From Ktedonobacterales bacterium (lineage in GTDB: Bacteria; Chloroflexota; Ktedonobacteria; Ktedonobacterales; JADMIN01), in assembly GCA_015478575.1 (NCBI GenBank), contig JADMIN010000001.1, forward strand, positions 1 to 63,167: a DNA stretch of 63,167 nucleotides, given 5' to 3'. The position numbers were made by a program, and so were the translations under genes. The notes under the pieces are model-generated. The model was not told where the DNA came from and searched no databases. It saw nothing but the letters and a program-made list of their open reading frames with translations. Below, in pieces: positions 25,197-33,861 of this stretch; the stretch's first letter is position 1, and the number at the start of each line of letters is the position of its first letter.

Positions 25197-28100
25197 CTAC
25201 ACCGCCATGCCCGCGGTCGCGCCGCGCCGGCTGTTCTCGATCGCGTAGCCCGCCAGCGTGTTGAGTGCGGTGTACAGGCTCTGCAAGTCCTGCACGCCGT
25301 TGACGTTGAGGCTGCCGAACTGCTGCGTCACACTGCCCAGCTGGGCCAGAACCGGTGACGAGCCAAGCGGCTGTGCGTTCTGCGCCTGTTGCTGCACTGC
25401 CTGGATAAGTTGCATCAGCAGCGAATTGGTCATCAGGCCATTGGCCGCGCCACCCACGCCGAGTGCGCCAATGGGACCAGCCGCAGCACCCATACTCATC
25501 GCGCCTGCGGCTGCTGTTGCTGGCATCGCTGGCAAGCTACCCGCACCAGTAGCGCCGCTGATACTGAGCGTGGGATTGGCGGCGATGGCGAGCGACCGCG
25601 CAATCGAGGCGGCGATGGCGCGTGCCGCTTGCGCCACTTTCGCCTGCTGCGCCAACAGACCAGATGCGAGCATGGTGCCCAGGTTCGGCATCCACTCGTC
25701 GGCAGTGCTCCCCGGTCCCTCCTCGGCAGGCGAGTGGAAGCCCAGGACAGATTTGATCTTGCCCGCGATGTTGCCCACGGCATTGCCGACGGCTCCGAGC
25801 ATTGAGCCGATGCCGTTGATGAGCATCTGGATCAGGTTCTTGCCCGCATTGAACAGCATGTTCCCCATAGTCTGGATGGGCGTGAGGATGGCGTTGCCGA
25901 CGCTCTTGGCGGCGTTGCCTGCGCTACCGACGAAGGACTGGACAATCCCCACGAGGCCGTTCCACGCACTGGATGCCGCGTTCTGGATGCCGCGCCAGAT
26001 GCCGCCCAGGAAGCCAGTCACCGCGTTCCACACGGTCGTGATGATGCTCTGTGCCAGCGCCAGGTCGTCCCGAATGATGGTGAGGATGAGGTTCCACGCG
26101 GTCGTTGCCACCGTCTTGACGGTGTTCCACACGGTCGTCAGGAACGAGAGGATGGCGTTCCACACGGTCGTGGCGATGGTTTGGGCAAGCGTGAGTTCGC
26201 TCGAGATGATCGTCGTCAGGTCGCGCCAGAGCGTCCTGGCAGTGCTGACAATCCCGTTCCACAGCCCCACGATGAACGACACGATGCCGTTCCAGATGGC
26301 CACGGCGTCCGCCTTGAGTTGCGTGAAGAAGCCGACGATTGCCAGCACCATGTCGCGAAAGTAGTAGTTGTGGTTGAACAGCCACAGAAACAACGCTTCG
26401 ATGCCCCTGATGGGCGCGGTGATGATCGCCAGGACCAGTTGGAACCCGGCCTTGACGAGGTTCTGGATGCCCGTGAGCGCGTCCTGAAAGCCCTGCTGGA
26501 TGCCCTGCCACTTCTGAATGATGGCGACTTTGGCCGCCTCTAGATGCTGCTCGGCCCACCCTTTGACCTGCCCGAAGAATTGTGCGATCGTGTCACCCAG
26601 CCCGGAGAGCGCGCCGTTTATCCACGTTCCCAGTCCGTTGAAGAAGTCGCCGATGGCTTTGCCCGCGCCGCCCAGGAACGCCCCAATGGCGTCGGATACC
26701 TGCTTCCAGTGCGTAACCAACAGGAGGATGCCCGCCACTACTGCCGCGATAGCAATACCAATCAGGATAAAGGGCGCCGCCGCCGCCAGCGTTGCCACGG
26801 CCGCCGCGCCCGCCGCCGTCGCCTGCGCAATCCACGCCGGGACCGACGCCATGAGCGCCGTGATGAGCGCGGGGATTTGCGAGGCGGCAAAGGCGAGCAC
26901 CGCCCCGCCCAGTCCCGCGATGATCGCCTTGACCGCGATGGCGGGGCCGGTGCTCGCCTGAAAGAAGCCGACGATCTGCTGCCAGTGCTGAATGAGCAGC
27001 ACGACGCCAGCGGAGACACCAGCGACCGCCGCAGTGATACCAACCGCCGCCAGGGTTAAGGGCGACATGGCGATGGCGGCGGCGACCAATGCCGTCACCA
27101 GCCCGCCCCCGATGGCGGCCGCGGCCACTTCAATGATCCGCACCAGTTGCGGCCCGTTCGTGGCGGCCCACGCCGAGAAGTTGGTGAGCGCGGGCATCAG
27201 ACGCGCGACCAGCGCCTCCGCCACCGGCATGAGCGCCTGCCCGATCTTGATCATCGCCACCTGCACCGCCGCGCCGGCCCGCGCCATCTTGGTATTGAAG
27301 TCCTCTTGCGTCACCGACCAGCCCTGGATGCTGTTGCCGCCCTCCTTCACCTGGGCCGTCACGGCTTTGACGTTCTGTTGAAAGGTGGCGAGGCGGGCGC
27401 CTGACAGGTCGAGCATGCCCTGCATCGTCTTGCTGCCGCCGGAGATGTCTTTGAGGGCCGCGACGTAGGCGGCGCTGCCCGGAGGGAATTTCTTTGCCAC
27501 CGCGTCCGTAATCATCTGGACCGCGCCGGGGAGGCTGCGCTGCATCTGCTGGGCGACCTGTTGGGTGGTCAGGCCGACGCTGTTGAGCGCCTTCCGCGCG
27601 GCCACCGACGGCGCCGTGAGCGCGATAATGGTCTGCCGCAGATAGGTGGCGGCGTTGGCGGCGGGCACGCCTTCACCGGTCATGGTCGCCATCGCGCCGA
27701 GCACGTCGTACAGTCCGACGTTGGCGGCAGCGGCGGTCGGCAGGATTTGCGCCAGCGACTGCCCCAGGTCCTGCATGTGGGTCTTGCCATTGGCAACGGT
27801 GGCAATGAGCGCGTTGACCGCGTTGGACGCGGAGACCCCCGTGGCACCGAAGTCATTCATGATCGTGGTCGTGGCATCGGCCACCGTGCCGAGATCAGCC
27901 GCGCCCACCCTGGCCCCCTCGGCCGCGGCTTGCAGCACGTTGAGACCGGCCTGGCCGTGGTAGCCCGCCGACTCGATCATGTACATGCCTTGCGCGAGCT
28001 GTGACGTGGTTTCCCCCAGCTTTGGAGCCATGGCGAGGATGCTATTGGAGACAAGGCTGATATTGGACGCCGATTCGCCCGCGCCGGTTTCGAGTTGCGT

Positions 28101-28625
28101 CATGCTCTCCTGAAAGTCGCCGGCCATGCGAACGGCGACCACGCTGACGCCCGTGATCGCCGCGCCCGCCACCAGCAGCGGCAACTTGACCTTATCGAAG
28201 CTTTTGGCCAACCCGTCGCTGCTCTCGGCGGCGCCGCGGAGTCCGCCCTTGGCGCGGCCTCCCGACGCGCCGACGGCATCGAGCGAGCCAGCGGCGGTGT
28301 CAGCGGAGCCAGAGAGGGCGCCCAACTGCCCCGCCGTCGTATCGGCATCGGCACCGAGCGAGCCGAGCGACTCCGTGGCGGCCTGCGCTTTCTCCGCCAG
28401 CGCCGCCAGTGCGTCGGCCAGGCCCGCGAATACGTCGGGCAGCGAGCCAGCAGACGCGGCGAGGGTGCCCAACTGGCCGTCCAGTGCCGTGAGGCTATCC
28501 GCGCTTCCGGCAACGCTGGCGATGGAGCCTTCGAGTTCATCGAGGCTCGCCATCACCTCATCAATGAGGGCCACGGCTCCCGTGGCGTCGCCTTCCAACG
28601 AGAACAGGTACGTGGTGTTGGACAT
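25197..28625 (-). CDS. tape measure protein
   Basis: 1143 aa from the ATG at 28625 (GAGGAG 8 nt upstream). Ala/Gly-rich helical and TM-like repeats. Sits between GT and Dit. ORF-track start 29120 rejected. Confidence 0.9.
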   Translation of the reverse strand: MSNTTYLFSLEGDATGAVALIDEVMASLDELEGSIASVAGSADSLTALDGQLGTLAASAGSLPDVFAGLADALAALAEKAQAATESLGSLGADADTTAGQLGALSGSADTAAGSLDAVGASGGRAKGGLRGAAESSDGLAKSFDKVKLPLLVAGAAITGVSVVAVRMAGDFQESMTQLETGAGESASNISLVSNSILAMAPKLGETTSQLAQGMYMIESAGYHGQAGLNVLQAAAEGARVGAADLGTVADATTTIMNDFGATGVSASNAVNALIATVANGKTHMQDLGQSLAQILPTAAAANVGLYDVLGAMATMTGEGVPAANAATYLRQTIIALTAPSVAARKALNSVGLTTQQVAQQMQRSLPGAVQMITDAVAKKFPPGSAAYVAALKDISGGSKTMQGMLDLSGARLATFQQNVKAVTAQVKEGGNSIQGWSVTQEDFNTKMARAGAAVQVAMIKIGQALMPVAEALVARLMPALTNFSAWAATNGPQLVRIIEVAAAAIGGGLVTALVAAAIAMSPLTLAAVGITAAVAGVSAGVVLLIQHWQQIVGFFQASTGPAIAVKAIIAGLGGAVLAFAASQIPALITALMASVPAWIAQATAAGAAAVATLAAAAPFILIGIAIAAVVAGILLLVTHWKQVSDAIGAFLGGAGKAIGDFFNGLGTWINGALSGLGDTIAQFFGQVKGWAEQHLEAAKVAIIQKWQGIQQGFQDALTGIQNLVKAGFQLVLAIITAPIRGIEALFLWLFNHNYYFRDMVLAIVGFFTQLKADAVAIWNGIVSFIVGLWNGIVSTARTLWRDLTTIISSELTLAQTIATTVWNAILSFLTTVWNTVKTVATTAWNLILTIIRDDLALAQSIITTVWNAVTGFLGGIWRGIQNAASSAWNGLVGIVQSFVGSAGNAAKSVGNAILTPIQTMGNMLFNAGKNLIQMLINGIGSMLGAVGNAVGNIAGKIKSVLGFHSPAEEGPGSTADEWMPNLGTMLASGLLAQQAKVAQAARAIAASIARSLAIAANPTLSISGATGAGSLPAMPATAAAGAMSMGAAAGPIGALGVGGAANGLMTNSLLMQLIQAVQQQAQNAQPLGSSPVLAQLGSVTQQFGSLNVNGVQDLQSLYTALNTLAGYAIENSRRGATAGMAV

Positions 28626-28733
28626 GGCGGACGGCTCCTCGGTGGCTCCATAGCCAGTGGAACAGATGTTCACGTTGCGCACGCCGCTCGCACGCCCTAC
28701 ACTTGCGAGCGAGCGCACGTGCGCAGCGTGCGC

Positions 28734-28826
28734 GGGAGGGGAGGGGAGGGGAGGCGCGTGGCAGGTAGGCAGGTAGGCAGGTAGGTAGGTAGGTAGGTAG
28801 GTAGGTAGGTAGGTAGGTAGGTAGGT
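28734..28826. repeat. G-tract block followed by a tetranucleotide microsatellite
   Basis: GGGAGGGGAGGGGAGGGG (28734-28751), then AGGT AGGC AGGT AGGC + (AGGT)12 (28763-28826). Confidence 0.95.
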
Positions 28827-28854
28827 ACGAGAGAAAGGGCGAGACGGGACGGCG

Positions 28855-29328
28855 ATGGCGAGTTGGAACGATTGGGCGAAGGCGTTTTCCCCGGAGGAGA
28901 CGCAGCGGCGCCTTGTGGAAGCACGCCAGAAGCGGAGGGAGATCGCGGAGAAGCGGGATGCGCGACTGGCACAGATGGGGCGACTGCCGGTACATTGCCC
29001 GGTCTGCGGGACGCGCGCCCACGTCAGGTCCGGCGCGGTGACGCCGCGGAGCACGTGCGCGGTCTGCCTGACGCACCTGGCCGATGGCACGCCGTCCGAC
29101 GAGGGGCAGGTGGTCCGCACCTATCGCGGCGCGGATGTCGCCAAGGCGATGCGCGCCGAGGCGGCGCTGATGGCGAAAGCGGGCTGGCGCGTGCAGAGCC
29201 AGGCGTACGGCGGCCAACAGAGCGCGGGTATGGCGGTGCTCGCCTTTGGCGAACTCGGCCTGGGAGCCACACGCAAGCCCAAGGAAATAACCGTCGTGTA
29301 TACCCGCGAGGCGCGGGCGCGGGCGTAG
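28855..29328 (+). CDS. zinc-ribbon protein with a C-terminal globular domain (moron, opposite strand)
   Basis: 157 aa. Very high third-position GC and balanced K/E content. CPVCG..CAVC. Confidence 0.65.
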   Translation: MASWNDWAKAFSPEETQRRLVEARQKRREIAEKRDARLAQMGRLPVHCPVCGTRAHVRSGAVTPRSTCAVCLTHLADGTPSDEGQVVRTYRGADVAKAMRAEAALMAKAGWRVQSQAYGGQQSAGMAVLAFGELGLGATRKPKEITVVYTREARARA

Positions 29329-29352
29329 CGACGCTGCGCGGAGCCGCCATGC

Positions 29353-30680
29353 CTACTGTGCCGGCAGCGGCACGACCGGCCCGTCATAGGGGCGGGGCTG
29401 CGCGACGTGACCCCGCAGCGCCATCCGCGCGTCCACGCTGCCCGGTGCGGCGCCCGTACCCGTACCCGTACCCGTCCCCGTACCCGTCCCCGTGGCGGTG
29501 GTCTGGCCCGCTTGCCGCAGCCGGTCGGTCATACGCCTATCCTCCTCCTCGGCGGTGAGGACGGCTTCACGGTAGTAGGCGAAGGCGGTGACGAAGTGTA
29601 GGTTATCGATGTCCTCGTGTGACCAGTGGTAGTGCGCCGCGAGTTCCGCGTAGAGCCGCATGGGGTCGTAGGAGCGGCGAGCGCGTTGCCGCTCCCGCGC
29701 TTCCCGCGCCGCGGCCCCCTGGTGTGGTGACGATGGCGGTGGCGCGAGGTGTGGCGCGTTGGCGGTATCGTAGGCGTTGATGGACGCCAGCAGCAGCGCC
29801 GCGGCCTCGTCGTCGTGCTCGCGCACCGCCAGATACGTTTGCCACGCCTGCTCGCGGCCTTCCTCGTCCCAATCGGGCACCGGCACCTCGTCGTGCGGCG
29901 TGGGGTCGCCACCACTCGCACCACCCCCTGGAGCAGTAGCCGCCGCCAGCGCCAGCGCGTCCGTTGCCTGCGCTGCGCTCTGCCCGTTTAGGCGGCGCTC
30001 CCATTCCCGCCGCCGCTCGCTTTGCTCTGCTGCTGGCGGAGCAGCTCGCCGAAAAAACGAGCGAACAGCCCTTGCACCTGTTGGAAGTCGAGTCCCTCGG
30101 CGAGCCGGTCGAGAGTCATCGCCGGGTCCGACAGTTGCCACACGGCCAACACCTGCTCCTGCATCCATTGGAGCATCGGGTCGCCACCGTCGTTGGCGCT
30201 GCCGCCGTGCGCCAGATAGGCGGCACGCGCCCGCATCGCCCGCTGTCGCCCCGCCAGCATGCGATTGAAAATCATCATCGGTACCCGCGTCTCGATGCGG
30301 TAGCGACGGCGGCGCAGGCGGCGTGTCGGCATAATCACCACGTCGTCGCCGGTGTCGCGCGTATCGCCGTCCACCGGCGGCGGCGGCGGCGGCGGCGGCG
30401 GCACGTCCACATACTCGTAGAGCGAGACGGTGAGCGATTCGGGTGCGACCTCATCCAGGTTATAGGCAAGGCCCTCGTCGTAGAAGGCGTCGGCGGCGGC
30501 GGGGTTGGTTCGTAGCGCATGCGCCTCCTCCGGCGTCAAGCCCTCGAAGAGCGCGTCGTTCCCCTCGTTCCCCTCGTTCCCCTCGTTGGCCGTGGTGGCC
30601 GTGGTGGCCGTGGTGGCCGTGGCCTGCTGCTGCTGCTGCCGCTGCTGCTGTCGCCGCTGCTGTTCGCGTTGGGATGCCAT
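29353..30680 (-). CDS. tail assembly chaperone GT fusion via a -1 programmed frameshift
   Basis: ORF 29353..30168 is in the -1 frame relative to G and overlaps its 3' end. The slippery T TTT TTC lies in the overlap. Confidence 0.65.
29988..30680 (-). CDS. tail assembly chaperone (gpG-like)
   Basis: ATG at 30680 after GAGGAGAG. Sits between the major tail and tape measure genes. Only the 3' 230 codons of ORF 29988..32090 are accepted. Confidence 0.75.
   Translation of the reverse strand: MASQREQQRRQQQRQQQQQATATTATTATTANEGNEGNEGNDALFEGLTPEEAHALRTNPAAADAFYDEGLAYNLDEVAPESLTVSLYEYVDVPPPPPPPPPVDGDTRDTGDDVVIMPTRRLRRRRYRIETRVPMMIFNRMLAGRQRAMRARAAYLAHGGSANDGGDPMLQWMQEQVLAVWQLSDPAMTLDRLAEGLDFQQVQGLFARFFGELLRQQQSKASGGGNGSAA
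30051..30057 (-). other. -1 frameshift slippery heptamer U UUU UUC
   Basis: Plus-strand GAAAAAA. The G frame reads CGT TTT TTC GGC and the T frame reads TCG TTT TTT CGG. Confidence 0.65.
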
Positions 30681-30799
30681 GGTGTGCTGCTCTCCTCGTT
30701 CTCCTGGGTACGGGCGCGGGAGACCGGTACACTGTGTGTTCTCCCGCGCCCGTACCCGCGCCCGTACCACTATGCTGGCGTCAGGGGCGTAGGGAGGGG

Positions 30800-32041
30800 T
30801 TAGTACGCCGCGTACGATGTATTGGCGAGCGTGGTTTCCAGCAGCCAGGGGTTGGCGCTCTGGTTGCTGACGGACGCCGCGCTGATCGGCGTGCGGAACG
30901 CCTTGCCGTCTTTCTTCAGTTGCGGCACGCCGACCTTGCTGTATTCCAGCGTCGTCACCTGATAGGTCAGTGTGTTGAGGCCGTCCGGCAGCGCGAAGAC
31001 GAGCAGCAGGTTGCCCTGTGCCACGGCCTGTGCGTCCACTGTCCCGGCGACCCCGCCGAAGTAGGTTTCGGCGATGCGGTTGCCGTTCTGGAACACGATG
31101 TCGCAGGCAAACTCCATCGTAAGGTTGCCGAAGATGATGGCCGCGAGCGTTAGTTGTTCGGCCTGAATGGTGAGGTCGAGGTTGTTCTTCTGGCTGATGT
31201 CGAACGACGTGACCGCCAGCGCGTCGCCCGTCGTGGAGCCGTCGAGCGTCCACGTCCCTTGCTGGAACAGGTAGGGCGTGTGCGGGTCGAACGTGACCGT
31301 CGCGGGCGTCGCCTGCACGAGACACGCGATGCCAGAGAACGTGACTTCGTAGCTGATGTAGGTACCGGCCTTGCCGCTGCGCTTGATCTCCTCCACCTTG
31401 CAATCGCGCAGGCGAATGATAATGCCCGCCGTGCCGCCGATGCTGACTTCGCCGCTGTAGTAACTGCCGTCGCTCTGGTCGGTGAGCACGTGGCTCGCCG
31501 AGGACTTGACGGTCCCGGTGTTGGCGTGCGCGGTCTTGAGCGTGCCGCCGTTGTAGGCGGGTGCCACGGTCAGGGTGTAGGGGCCGACCCCGCTCGCGGG
31601 CAGGGTGAAGGTCGGGATTTCTTCGGTGGCCGTGCCCGCTTCCAGCGCGAGCGCGATGGTCCCCGTGCCGGTGAGTCCAGTGTTGGTCGCGACACTGATG
31701 CTGGTCGCGCCCACCAGCGTCGCCGCCGAGAGCACGGTGGCGACGGTCGGCGCGGTGTAGGCATCGCTGCCCGCGCCCATCGCCGCGCACTCCAGGAAGC
31801 CAACGTCGTTCGGGCGCACGTTGGTGATCAGCTTGATCTTGGCGGACTGCCGGTTCTTGATGAGTTGCGAGAGGTGACGCGACCCGTCGCCCTCCCAAAT
31901 CTCCTCCATCTTGGCGTCCACTTCGATACCAGAGCCGTCCAGCCAGCGGTAGAACTGCGTGGGAGCCGCCCCGGTATTCTGCTGGCTCTGTTTGGCAAAT
32001 CCGATGTAGCCGTTGTCGGATCTGATTGCAATGAAGGCCAC
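30800..32041 (-). CDS. major tail protein with an inserted decoration module
   Basis: 413 aa. GTG start 8 nt after AAGGAG. Sits upstream of G/GT. Confidence 0.75.
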   Translation of the reverse strand: MAFIAIRSDNGYIGFAKQSQQNTGAAPTQFYRWLDGSGIEVDAKMEEIWEGDGSRHLSQLIKNRQSAKIKLITNVRPNDVGFLECAAMGAGSDAYTAPTVATVLSAATLVGATSISVATNTGLTGTGTIALALEAGTATEEIPTFTLPASGVGPYTLTVAPAYNGGTLKTAHANTGTVKSSASHVLTDQSDGSYYSGEVSIGGTAGIIIRLRDCKVEEIKRSGKAGTYISYEVTFSGIACLVQATPATVTFDPHTPYLFQQGTWTLDGSTTGDALAVTSFDISQKNNLDLTIQAEQLTLAAIIFGNLTMEFACDIVFQNGNRIAETYFGGVAGTVDAQAVAQGNLLLVFALPDGLNTLTYQVTTLEYSKVGVPQLKKDGKAFRTPISAASVSNQSANPWLLETTLANTSYAAY

Positions 32042-32081
32042 TGCCTGGACTCCTTGTGTATCGCCCTGTCCGGTGCGCGGG

Positions 32082-32118
32082 CAACAACAAGAGCTAGGCT
32101 TCCATGATCGCCTAGCTC
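32082..32118 (-). terminator. stem-loop followed by TTGTTGTTG upstream of the major tail gene
   Basis: GAGCTAGGC / GCCTAGCTC 9-bp stem with a 10-nt loop. May act as an attenuator or processing site rather than a full terminator. Confidence 0.4.
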
Positions 32119-32167
32119 CTCATCATCTCACACTGACGTTGCACCTGTTGCGGTGGTGCTGGGGCGC

Positions 32168-32569
32168 TTAGACGGCGGCGGGTTTCGCCGCCTTCGCGGG
32201 CTTCGCTGCTGCTGGCTGCTCCGGCTCCGCGGCGACGGGCGCGTGCGGGTCGTACGGCTCGAAGTCGGAGCGGCCCTCCTGAAACTCGTAGCCCATCGCC
32301 ACCAGTTCATCGCGGGAGAGGCCCGCGTGCTCCGGTTTCACGACGTGCCCCGCGCCCAGGTATTCGGGGTCGCGCTGCCCACGTGGGTCAAAGAGGTAGG
32401 TGTGCCCGCGCACTTCCGTCTCCGGCAGCATGACAATGTCGCCGGGGCGCAGGGTGTGGCCCGCCACGTTCTTGCCCTCGTGGGAGCGGACCGCGCCATG
32501 CTGACGGCTGATGCGAACGGGATGTGGCCCGACGTAGCGGGCCGGAACAACGGTGGGCTTGTCTGCCAT
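32168..32569 (-). CDS. hypothetical virion-module protein
   Basis: ATG at 32569 after AAGGAG; the ORF-track start is 32605. Confidence 0.5.
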   Translation of the reverse strand: MADKPTVVPARYVGPHPVRISRQHGAVRSHEGKNVAGHTLRPGDIVMLPETEVRGHTYLFDPRGQRDPEYLGAGHVVKPEHAGLSRDELVAMGYEFQEGRSDFEPYDPHAPVAAEPEQPAAAKPAKAAKPAAV

Positions 32570-32618
32570 TGCGGCGTCTGCTCCTTCATGCGTGCGTGCA
32601 TGCATGTGGGACGTTAGC

Positions 32619-32628
32619 GGGGGGGGGG
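32619..32628. repeat. G10 homopolymer (C10 on the coding strand) in an intergenic leader
   Basis: Ten consecutive G, flanked by GACGAACGT x2 and ACGTTAG x2. Confidence 0.9.
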
Positions 32629-32649
32629 AGACGAACGTGGGGACGAACG

Positions 32650-33174
32650 TTAGAAGGTGCCCGCTGTCTCATAGGGCAGCAGGAGAAACCTGGCGGTGAT
32701 CGTGCGCTTGACGAGTTCGGGACCAAAGGTGCTGTCGATCTCGCCCTTGTCGGGGCTGACCGAACAGGCGGGCATGCTGACGGCGTAGGGGCCAAGCTTG
32801 TTGGCCGAGAGCGTGGGATTGTCCTCCAGGTTGGCGCGTATGCGCTCCAGGTCGTCGTCGGTGTCTTGGAGCAGTTGGTCTATCGTCTCTGGCGATTGCG
32901 GCCACGCCAGGTAATACTCGATGATGACGACCGCCATTCCCTCGTACACCGCCCGCGAGACGACGTTGAACTGCTGCTGACCGGTGGAGAGGTTGACGGC
33001 GGGCCAGATGTTCTGCCTGACCATTGCGTAGCGTTGGCGCACGAACACCTGCGCGACGCCCGTGGTGTCGGCGGGATTGGCGGTTTGCAGCAGTGTGCCC
33101 GCGGGGATGATCTGGCGGATTTGCCCAAGCAGCACCTTGCTCGGGATGGGATTGTTGGACGAGCGGAGAGCCAT
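32650..33174 (-). CDS. tail terminator / neck protein (tentative)
   Basis: 174 aa. GAAGGA lies before the ATG. Call rests on position between the head-tail joining genes and the major tail gene. Confidence 0.5.
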   Translation of the reverse strand: MALRSSNNPIPSKVLLGQIRQIIPAGTLLQTANPADTTGVAQVFVRQRYAMVRQNIWPAVNLSTGQQQFNVVSRAVYEGMAVVIIEYYLAWPQSPETIDQLLQDTDDDLERIRANLEDNPTLSANKLGPYAVSMPACSVSPDKGEIDSTFGPELVKRTITARFLLLPYETAGTF

Positions 33175-33180
33175 GGTTGA

Positions 33181-33681
33181 TCATCCTTCTGCCGCGAGCG
33201 CCAGCGCCGCACCCACTGCCGCGCCGAGTTCCGCGAACGCCTGCACCGCGGCATCGGCCAGCACGGGGGTCACGAAGTCGTTGGGCGCGACCGGACCCGC
33301 CCGCCGCACCGGATGGGCCAGCCCCGGCCACATCAGCGCCCTCTTGCGCACCGGAAACACGGCGCGGTGGCCGCTGCGCACGAGCGCGAGCTTGTTGGGC
33401 TGCGTCGTGGAGACGGTCGTGGTCGCACCCGAAGCGGAGGCGGTGAACGTGCTCGTGAAGGACTCTTGGAGGCGTCCTGGCGCGTCGCCCTCCATCGGCA
33501 TGCTCTCGCCGCCTGCGGCGCTCTTGCCAGCGGGCGCGGCGTCACTGAGCATGCTCGCCACTTCCGGCCCGATGCGCTCTATCGTGTCGGCCACCGCCTG
33601 CGGCAGCGTATCGCGCAGCAGCGTGAGCCGCAGCCGCAGCGTGCCCAGGCCGTCGCCCTGCATCATGGACAGTAGCGGCAT
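33181..33681 (-). CDS. HK97 gp10-like head-tail joining protein (tentative)
   Basis: Internal ATG at 33681. The upstream part of ORF 33181..33813 is only the translation of a 12-bp tandem repeat. Confidence 0.5.
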   Translation of the reverse strand: MPLLSMMQGDGLGTLRLRLTLLRDTLPQAVADTIERIGPEVASMLSDAAPAGKSAAGGESMPMEGDAPGRLQESFTSTFTASASGATTTVSTTQPNKLALVRSGHRAVFPVRKRALMWPGLAHPVRRAGPVAPNDFVTPVLADAAVQAFAELGAAVGAALALAAEG

Positions 33682-33713
33682 AGCGGTAAACACGCTCCTT
33701 AGAACAGATTCGA

Positions 33714-33800
33714 CGTGCCGTGCCGTGAGACGTGCCGTGAGACGTGCCGTGAGACGTGCCGTGAGACGTGCCGTGAGACGTGCCGTGCCGTGCCGTGCCG
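33714..33800. repeat. 12-bp tandem repeat x5 (CGTGCCGTGAGA) flanked by CGTGC runs
   Basis: Five perfect units at 33719-33778, then (CGTGC)4. Confidence 0.9.
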
Positions 33801-33861
33801 CTGTGGGTGACATGCGGACGGCGGGCCGTGCTCCGCTTGCTGCTGCTGGCTGCTGCCGCGA

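Noticed and set aside
28626-29120. N-terminal 165 codons of the tape-measure ORF, including PTYLPTYLPTYL.
   Set aside because: The peptide repeat is just the translation of the (AGGT)n microsatellite. A strong SD and ATG at 28625 begin the genuine tape measure sequence. The region is better explained as intergenic plus the plus-strand gene.
30681-32090. Upstream 470 codons of the 700-aa ORF 29988..32090.
   Set aside because: This part is out of frame with, and overlaps, the major tail gene. It is Arg/Gly/His-rich. Only the 3' 230 codons (gpG-like chaperone) have an SD start and sensible sequence.
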